64,000 bases of DNA from Trypanosoma brucei. Lineage: Eukaryota. The translations under genes and the position numbers were made by a program. This document shows, in pieces, positions 24,567 to 33,496 of the stretch. Every line of letters begins with the position of its first letter. Position 1 is the stretch's first letter. The stretch covers positions 608,001 through 672,000 of the forward strand of contig CP000068.1 in NCBI GenBank assembly GCA_000002445.1. Reading direction: 5' to 3'. The notes under the pieces are model-generated. The model saw only the letters and a list, made by a program, of their open reading frames with translations, was not told where the DNA came from and did no database searches.

Positions 24567-27053
24567 GCCGCCCGACTTGCCACGGAAACATTCCTTCGCA
24601 ACAGACGTCTCCCCCCCCCCCCAACCCGGACACCCGACGGCGACCCCATTGAAACGCGCCCCTCTCGTTCTTACCGGTGAACAAGCTGTCCCCGCTCGGC
24701 ACTCAACCCTTCTGTTGCCCCACCTGCTTTTCTTTCACCTTTCTCGCCAAAAAATAAAATAAAATAAGGGAAAGCCACGCCGCGCGGTCGCGACGAGCGC
24801 GTTTTCAAAAGAAAAAAAGATTAGCTCAGGCGGAACCGTATCTCTCGTTTCGGAGAGGTTCTTTTTTATCATCTTTTAGAGAAAATTCGCCCAACGCCCG
24901 AAATCATGGCGGGTTTCAATATCGACGGAAGGGTCGGACACCCCGGCCGGCTCTCGGGTCCGCCGGGGCGTGTACCGGTGCCTCAAAGTGGCCACCCGAA
25001 CCCGGTGGCGGTTTATTGGCAGGCCGCGCCCTTCCCCGTGACCGCGGCATTCGCTGCCCCCCAACTCGTCGGGCCACCCCCCGTCTTTTTTTACCGAAGG
25101 GGGGCAAACCACCCGGGTCCCGCCCCCCGACCACCAGCACCACCCCCTCGCCGTCATTTGGGAGTCGGCCCGAGCCCGCCGCCGCCTCGCTTTCGCGAAA
25201 ACCGCAATTTGTTTTCGGCGGGGGAGGTGGTTGGTTTCATTCGGTTGGCCCGGCGATGGGATGAAAAGGTAGCGGGGAGAGGGGCCGCCCATCACGCCCG
25301 CGGACCTCCGAATTTCGAATGGCCGCCGGAACCCGAGGACCCCTGGAAGGTTTTGGAGGATTGGTCGGAAACCCGAGCACGGTGGTGGCGCACCAGTCGG
25401 GCGGATCATCGGGCACCGCGGCGCCGCCGGCCCTCAGGACCCCGCAGCAAAAAAAAAAATTTAAGACCTTTGGAAAAGGGGGTCGAGGTGCCTCGTCACT
25501 GATCCCCCCTCGCCCACGGTGTTTGAAAAAGCGACGACGCTGCCCGCCCACCCGCATTTTTTAAAAACGCGGTTCTTTTCGAAAACTCTAACATATCCTT
25601 TCCTGTTCGAAAAAACGTGCCGCTGTTCACAAACAGCCGCCACCCCTTTGCTACTCCAAAAAGCGTGAAGCTTTTTTGAATACAGGATATTGTCCCTTTT
25701 CCCTTCCCTTCGAAACAAATGGTGACTGTTCAGCGCCGGTCCCCCGCTGCCCGTGTTCGGAAGGGGGCCTCGCCTTGCCTTACCTTGCCTCACCCAGCCC
25801 CACCTTGCCTTGCCTTTAAACGGAATACAAAAAACCTCATTCCCCCCGCACAAAAGTTCGCCCCTGGCGCGGTTAAGAGGTCCGGCGCAACGCTCCGCTT
25901 GCGTGGAGGGGGGCGAAGGTGGCCCGGGTGGAACCCGTCAGATTTTTTCCTTAGGAATTAGCCACGGGGCGGCATCGCCTTTGGGCCCGGCTACTCGCCG
26001 CCGGCAAGGAGAGTGGCCCCGCGACACACCCCCGATGAGGGCGGCTGCGATGACCGCCACGCCCTGGCGGCGCCGGCCACCTCCACGTGGTGCCAGGGTC
26101 CAGTACCCCGCATCATCGGGGGAAGCCAAGAGCCAGCAGAGTTCCTTTCATGGGGAACACTGCTGTGCTCTGGCCTCGGCATCATACAGCACAGGGATCA
26201 ACGGCGCCTTGCTGGGACACCGTTTTTCATTTGTCGGTCCCTGGGCACGTGCCAGCGTGCCATCAGCAGTATCATCCGCGCTAAGATGCTGCTGTCCGGT
26301 GATGTGGAACTCCAAAAAAAAAGGATTGCCAATTGACATCTTTTGGAGAGTCCGGGGTGGGAGGCTTCTCGCCCCATCTGCTGTATTCCGTTCAACTGCG
26401 GAAATACAACAAAAAATTATAGAGGGTGTGTTAGGATGAATGAAAAAGGGAGACTCTGCCACAGTCGCCAGACCGATAGCATCTCAGGGCTCTACGGTGA
26501 TGGCTGATGGCCGCGCCAGTGGGGGGAAACTCTCACGAAGGCACGAAGAAAATTTCAAAAAAAAAAAATGACCGCCACGGTGTTTGCGGCCGCCAACACG
26601 CCCGCGCATGGGTTTTTGGCTGCGTTTTCAAGGAGGATGAAGGGACACACGAGTTGGACGGCGGGGGATCAGGAACCCGCGGCGCCGGAAAAATGCGTTC
26701 GAATGTTTTGTTTGAGGGCGCCAAAGCACGCCTCGGGGGGTCGGGATGGCGGACGCCGATTTGCCCACTGCATCGGCGCTATGGGGACGCGTGCTGGGGG
26801 CCCTAAGGCGGGTGAAAGTTCTGGGGAAACGGAAAGTTTGGCCTTCCGAAAAATGAAAGACGGCGGCGCCGGCGCCCCGGGTTTGCCATAAGAAAACATC
26901 GAACCTTTATTTTTCTTTTAACCCCCGCATCATTGAGGGCGTTTCGCCGCACGACACCACCGGGGCGGCGCCGTGTCGGACAAAAACCGGGCTAAGGGGG
27001 CGAGGCACCCCCATCGCTTTCGTCGAGACCCGGGAACCCCCCTTCCGTACGGC
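24567..27053. repeat. repeat unit 2 (2487 bp)
   Basis: Aligned by eye to unit 1 and unit 3. It differs from unit 3 at only a handful of positions, for example catcatacagc versus catcgtacagc. Confidence 0.9.
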
Positions 27054-29467
27054 GCCGCCCGACTTGCCACGGAAACATTCCTTCGCAACAGACGTCTCCC
27101 CCCCCCCCCCAACCCGGACACCCGACGGCGACCCCATTGAAACGCGCCCCTCTCGTTCTTACCGGTGAACAAGCTGTCCCCGCTCGGCACTCAACCCTTC
27201 TGTTGCCCCACCTGCTTTTCTTTCACCTTTCTCGCCAAAAAATAAAATAAAATAAGGGAAAGCCACGCCGCGCGGTCGCGACGAGCGCGTTTTCAAAAGA
27301 AAAAAAGATTAGCTCAGGCGGAACCGTATCTCTCGTTTCGGAGAGGTTCTTTTTTATCATCTTTTAGAGAAAATTCGCCCAACGCCCGAAATCATGGCGG
27401 GTTTCAATATCGACGGAAGGGTCGGACACCCCGGCCGGCTCTCGGGTCCGCCGGGGCGTGTACCGGTGCCTCAAAGTGGCCACCCGAACCCGGTGGCGGT
27501 TTATTGGCAGGCCGCGCCCTTCCCCGTGACCGCGGCATTCGCTGCCCCCCAACTCGTCGGGCCACCCCCCGTCTTTTTTTACCGAAGGGGGGCAAACCAC
27601 CCGGGTCCCGCCCCCCGACCACCAGCACCACCCCCTCGCCGTCATTTGGGAGTCGGCCCGAGCCCGCCGCCGCCTCGCTTTCGCGAAAACCGCAATTTGT
27701 TTTCGGCGGGGGAGGTGGTTGGTTTCATTCGGTTGGCCCGGCGATGGGATGAAAAGGTAGCGGGGAGAGGGGCCGCCCATCACGCCCGCGGACCTCCGAA
27801 TTTCGAATGGCCGCCGGAACCCGAGGACCCCTGGAAGGTTTTGGAGGATTGGTCGGAAACCCGAGCACGGTGGTGGCGCACCAGTCGGGCGGATCATCGG
27901 GCACCGCGGCGCCGCCGGCCCTCAGGACCCCGCAGCAAAAAAAAAAATTTAAGACCTTTGGAAAAGGGGGTCGAGGTGCCTCGTCACTGATCCCCCCTCG
28001 CCCACGGTGTTTGAAAAAGCGACGACGCTGCCCGCCCACCCGCATTTTTTAAAAACGCGGTTCTTTTCGAAAACTCTAACATATCCTTTCCTGTTCGAAA
28101 AAACGTGCCGCTGTTCACAAACAGCCGCCACCCCTTTGCTACTCCAAAAAGCGTGAAGCTTTTTTGAATACAGGATATTGTCCCTTTTCCCTTCCCTTCG
28201 AAACAAATGGTGACTGTTCAGCGCCGGTCCCCCGCTGCCCGTGTTCGGAAGGGGGCCTCGCCTTGCCTTACCTTGCCTCACCCAGCCCCACCTTGCCTTG
28301 CCTTTAAACGGAATACAAAAAACCTCATTCCCCCCGCACAAAAGTTCGCCCCTGGCGCGGTTAAGAGGTCCGGCGCAACGCTCCGCTTGCGTGGAGGGGG
28401 GCGAAGGTGGCCCGGGTGGAACCCGTCAGATTTTTTCCTTAGGAATTAGCCACGGGGCGGCATCGCCTTTGGGCCCGGCTACTCGCCGCCGGCAAGGAGA
28501 GTGGCCCCGCGACACACCCCCGATGAGGGCGGCTGCGATGACCGCCACGCCCTGGCGGCGCCGGCCACCTCCACGTGGTGCCAGGGTCCAGTACCCCGCA
28601 TCATCGGGGGAAGCCAAGAGCCAGCAGAGTTCCTTTCATGGGGAACACTGCTGTGCTCTGGCCTCGGCATCGTACAGCACAGGGATCAACGGCGTCTTGC
28701 TGGGACACCGTTTTTCATTTGTCGGTCCCTGGGCACGTGCCAGCGTGCCATCAGCAGTATCATCCGCGCTAAGATGCTGCTGTCCGGTGATGTGGAACTC
28801 CAAAAAAAAAGGATTGCCAATTGACATCTTTTGGAGAGTCCGGGGTGGGAGGCTTCTCGCCCCATCTGCTGTATTCCGTTCAACTGCGGAAATACAACAA
28901 AAAATTATAGAGGGTGTGTTAGGATGAATGAAAAAGGGAGACTCTGCCACAGTCGCCAGACCGATAGCATCTCAGGGCTCTACGGTGATGGCTGATGGCC
29001 GCGCCAGTGGGGGGAAACTCTCACGAAGGCACGAAGAAAATTTCAAAAAAAAAAAATGACCGCCACGGTGTTTGCGGCCGCCAACACGCCCGCGCATGGG
29101 TTTTTGGCTGCGTTTTCAAGGAGGATGAAGGGACACACGAGTTGGACGGCGGGGGATCAGGAACCCGCGGCGCCGGAAAAATGCGTTCGAATGTTTTGTT
29201 TGAGGGCGCCAAAGCACGCCTCGGGGGGTCGGGATGGCGGACGCCGATTTGCCCACTGCATCGGCGCTATGGGGACGCGTGCTGGGGGCCCTAAGGCGGG
29301 TGAAAGTTCTGGGGAAACGGAAAGTTTGGCCTTCCGAAAAATGAAAGACGGCGGCGCCGGCGCCCCGGGTTTGCCATAAGAAAACATCGAACCTTTATTT
29401 TTCTTTTAACCCCCGCATCATTGAGGGCGTTTCGCCGCACGACACCACCGGGGCGGCGCCGTGTCGG
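27054..29467. repeat. repeat unit 3, truncated (2414 bp)
   Basis: Identity with unit 2 ends after gtgtcgg at 29467. Unique sequence follows (tggtgaaatgttagtgggg...). Confidence 0.9.
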
Positions 29468-32400
29468 TGGTGAAATGTTAGTGGGGCGTTTAGCGCGTGC
29501 CAAGTGGGGTGAGGTTATCCAATTTGGAAAGGTGCATACCTGGTGGGGTGGGGTTGGCGATAGGTAGTCCTCGGAGGGTCTCGTTGTCCGCATCAGTCGT
29601 TGCGTATGATGGTCTTTTTGCGCAATTTCATTGTGAAATTGTCGTCGTTGGTCTTGTTTATGGAATTGCTGAAGTGTTCGGTAAATGCCCTAATTGTCTC
29701 CTGTTGTTGGTGGTGGTGGGGAGGGAAGATTCGACTCTCCCTTTTTCCCAAGCCCCCACAATAATTTACGACGGATGATGTAATCTTTTACTGGAAGTGG
29801 GGCTGTCGCCGAAAGCTTTGTCCTAACACCCCTCAATTTGTTCGCATTCCCTCTTGTCCTCGCCTTGCTTCTTGCGGTGGTGTGTGTTATGTAGGTTTCT
29901 GAACGCTACGGTTTCAAACAGCCGCATTTCCGTTCAAACATGTTTAGTGTCGGATAATTTCCGACACCGCATATCTGTTTCCTTAGCTTCTCCACTCTAA
30001 ATGTCCGGTTTAAAATATACTTTTATACTTAGCCATTGAACTTCTCTGCTGCGTTTCTGATTCTTCATGCTCCTCCACTGGTTTGTGGCCTTTGGTAGTG
30101 GGAATTTTTGAGGGAAAGTAACACCAACTCCCGTAACGTCGTCGCTATGGAATTCAGGCCTGTGGTTGCTATGTCGCTGGATTAGCGCTACGGTAACGAA
30201 AAAGCACGATGCCCCATTTTTTAATCCACATTGCTCAAATCTTCCCACATGCTCACGGGGATGTGAAGGAGACGGACATAGAAGACTTTTTATCGTTCTT
30301 TCCCAAATTTTAACCAAATTTCCTCCTCCACCAATTATTGAAGATCCTTTGGAAGAGACCCCCCTCCAGCCCTTTACATCACCCAATTTTCTTGGAAACT
30401 TCTTGCTTGATTCTCTGACGAGGAGCATCCTCTACCGAGATAAGTTTCGCCTCCTCCATTGCCAACAAACACAAGCGTCCCGGGGACTATCGGAAAGCGT
30501 TGATATTCTTGTTGGATTAATAAAGCTGAAAAAAAAAAGCCCAACCTTCCTGCGACAAGCCCTGCTGTCCCTACGGCCGTGTATCCAATGTATCTCAACC
30601 TTTTCAACTCTCCTCTTCACTTTATTCCCCACGCGCTTCAAAAATATCGTAATTCCTTTGTGAAAGGCTCGGATATTAACGTCCTCCTCCTTTCTTCTAA
30701 CCCTCAAAATTCTCAACTCCATCAACTTGACAGTACCTTCACTCTCTCACTTTCTCTGTTTCGCATTTCGTTTCCGCATGGGTGAAGGCGTACAGCGATT
30801 TCGACCCTTTTTTGCCGCACCAAAAAGTGCGTGTTCACCGTCGCTAAAACTCAACCTTTCGCCGTCTACGGCCACAGAACTTCCAAAGAGAAGGAACACA
30901 GCCACCGACACTCTCGTATCCGCATATGAAATACGCGTGTTTCCGCGGAGTCGAGGGGAAAAGCCGTGACAGCCATTTTAGGGAGTACGCGAAGGGTGGG
31001 GCGGCTTCAACGAGAATGGATATTCTCCTTTGTTGACTGTTATTTTCTGCTTATTGGGCAACACCGGGGTGGAAGTGATGACGATTGATGGGAGAAGGGA
31101 AAGTGATACGAACAGGAACGTTTATATTTAACTTTCCCCGAATAACATGGCTAGGAAGATGGGCTGAACCGCGTCGATGAGACGTACCAATCGGGGCGCC
31201 AGGAGACCCACGTAGAAATGCGAGCATGGATGCGGGTGTGACCGTGGTGTGGGGCTTTTGCTCTGGGGAGGTGAAGGAACTGCGCGAAACTGCCAGGAGT
31301 TCGCCTCGTCCTCCCAGCTGTTGCCTGCGTGAGGGAAGTTTTTATGGCCAACTGAAATGGAGAGTCATAACCACATTCTATTTGGCGAATGAGCACAATA
31401 ATGGCAGGGATTCGTTTAGGACAACAGCGGTGACGAGAGCGGGGAGCATACTCACGGCGCGAATGTTAGTTGGGAAGCTTCAATATTCTATGGAAGAACG
31501 GCAAAAAGTACAGTTGTCTGTTTTCTGCCAACAAAGGTTCACCACCAGCCCCACCGCACAACTAATGATGCGAGCAAGGTGTGTGCAAATACAAAATAGG
31601 AACTGAACGGTGGGAATTACACCATTTTGCGCATGGACTATTGGTGAACACTTGAAAACATCATTTGGGGACAACCCTCTACCGTTACAAAGTCTAAAGG
31701 GGAAAAAGCAAAGAAACGCAACGCGACCGCGTTGTGACACAAGTTCCATGTGCGTTGAAAGTTGAATCTGGAAAATCGGCTCTGTCAAGCACCGGTGACG
31801 AGCACACGGCGATGGAAGTAAAGGAACTGGCAACCATTCGAAGTCGGAAATGTCAAGGTTCACTTGTTCTCTCTTGCATGTTTCGCGGTGAGCGGGCTCC
31901 AAGGAGAAATGAGACTATTGGACGCAACGTATTAGCCAACCTTGAAGGTGAGAGACGCACAACAACGGGGAACATTGGGACATTTTCAGTTCGCACACCC
32001 ATTAACACCCAGCACGCACCCTCTGTGGCTAGTTGAAGGATGGGTAGATACGCACAGTTTCTTAAACGCAAACTCCGCCGTCTTCCTCATTCGAAACCGT
32101 TGACGGCAATCGACCTCATTCACCACACTTCCAATAACGCAGAGTTTTTATTGCGGGAAAGATCAAGCACCTTCAGGTTGCACCTTCTTCCTCCTTCAAT
32201 ACCACCAATGCGCATCGGCGATTTCCCTGCTGCCCACGCGCTGTTCCCAGGTTTGTGCATTCGCGACGGCGTCGCCTGCTGTCGCCACGATGCGCACGAA
32301 ACCATTTGGCGGAAGCACACCCTCAATGTCACTTCCCCTTTCCCCTGCGAATTCTCACTACACGCACAGGACGACGGTGCCATCGATCCGACACTAATCA

Positions 32401-33496
32401 AAACGGGGAAACGGAGCTGCCCACTAGGTCGCTTCTTCACCCACGGAAATTTCGAAAACCCTGGCAGATTCCCGCAGCCCCACAAAAATACCTAATAAGG
32501 TGCTGAGTTTCTGGTCCCATTCATGGGCAAACATTTTGGGTGGCATTAGTAAGGTATGGGGAATGAATGATTAGTAACAGTATGGGAGGTGCCGGAACAC
32601 TTCCTATTTTCGACGCCGCGTCCACAACCTTTGCCAATGGTTCAGTTTCGATCCCAAGGTTTTGGGGTATTTAGGAGGAGCCGTCCCGGTTACACGGCTG
32701 GGCACATCCGTCGCCCCACCGAGGGTGCAAGTCTAATTTCCCCACTCAGGGTTTTTCAGAGTGGGAGATTCGATCAAATAGGAGAGTGTCGGCACCCCAA
32801 CCCCGGTGCGTGGCACTTTTCCTTCCCTTCCTGACCGCACGCTTGTCCGGCAGCTGTTAAATAAACTCGTCGGGGCTCATCAAAGTAACCCGTTCCCCTT
32901 GGACAGAAGCGTAGTCGGTCCCCTTTTTAGATTGTGCTCGTGCGCGCCGCCACGTTGAATCGCACTTCGCCACACGAGGTTCGCCTCCTACGTGTTGTTG
33001 TTCTCTCCCGCAGCGCGAGTCAGCATGCACTGCTGGGGGCACGTTTCTCCAATGTCTTCGTCCTCGCACCAAGGGGTGGGGAGCGTTTCACCATTGCGTG
33101 AAAACTGACCTTCCGCCAAAAACCTCTACACATTAACATCTTCATGAGGGCTTCCGGTCATAACCGCCCGCCCACCCGAAACGCTGAGAAGGGATTGGGA
33201 TCGAGCATATCTCTGGACCGAGGGTCGATTCTGGTGCACTCTGCCCTTAAATATGTAGAAAAAAAAAACGCGCACAAAATAAAATTAGCAAAGTTGGCGT
33301 CGCACGAACCGTTTCCGTGACATTATTTCGACATCGGCGCGCATCACTGCGCAGTTTATTCCGCACGGAGAAAAACAAGGAGGAGGAAGCATGCGAAAAG
33401 CCATCGGCTCGCTGCGCTGTTGCAATGTGAGTTATGGCAAACACCAACGTGCACGTATAGAGGATCGAAAGGGACATGCAATACCGGTTTGTTCAT

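Larger units (their letters stand above)
22040..29467. repeat. GC-rich tandem array of a ~2.5 kb unit, 2.97 copies, about 98-99% identical, without coding potential
   Basis: The anchor string gccgcccgacttgccacggaaacattccttcgcaacagacgtctcccccc recurs at 22059, 24567 and 27054, giving periods of 2508 and 2487 bp. Identical ORF-track entries repeat with the same period, for example the 177 aa '-' ORF at 22369, 24876 and 27364. The third copy breaks off at 29467, 87 bp short of a full unit. Confidence 0.95.

Noticed and set aside
22369-28927. Repeated ORFs inside the tandem array, for example 198 aa '+' and 177 aa '-' at 22369-22995, plus 228-240 aa '+' ORFs, each recurring in every unit.
   Set aside because: They overlap on both strands. 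They are Pro/Arg/Gly/Ala-rich, as expected from about 63% GC non-coding DNA. They shift frame between copies at A-run length differences, so they are not conserved as proteins.
32589-32834. Possible tRNA gene. The string ggttcagtttcgatcccaagg superficially resembles a T-arm.
   Set aside because: No acceptable acceptor stem or anticodon arm, no A-box upstream and no B-box consensus GGTTCGAnTCC. It looks like a coincidence.
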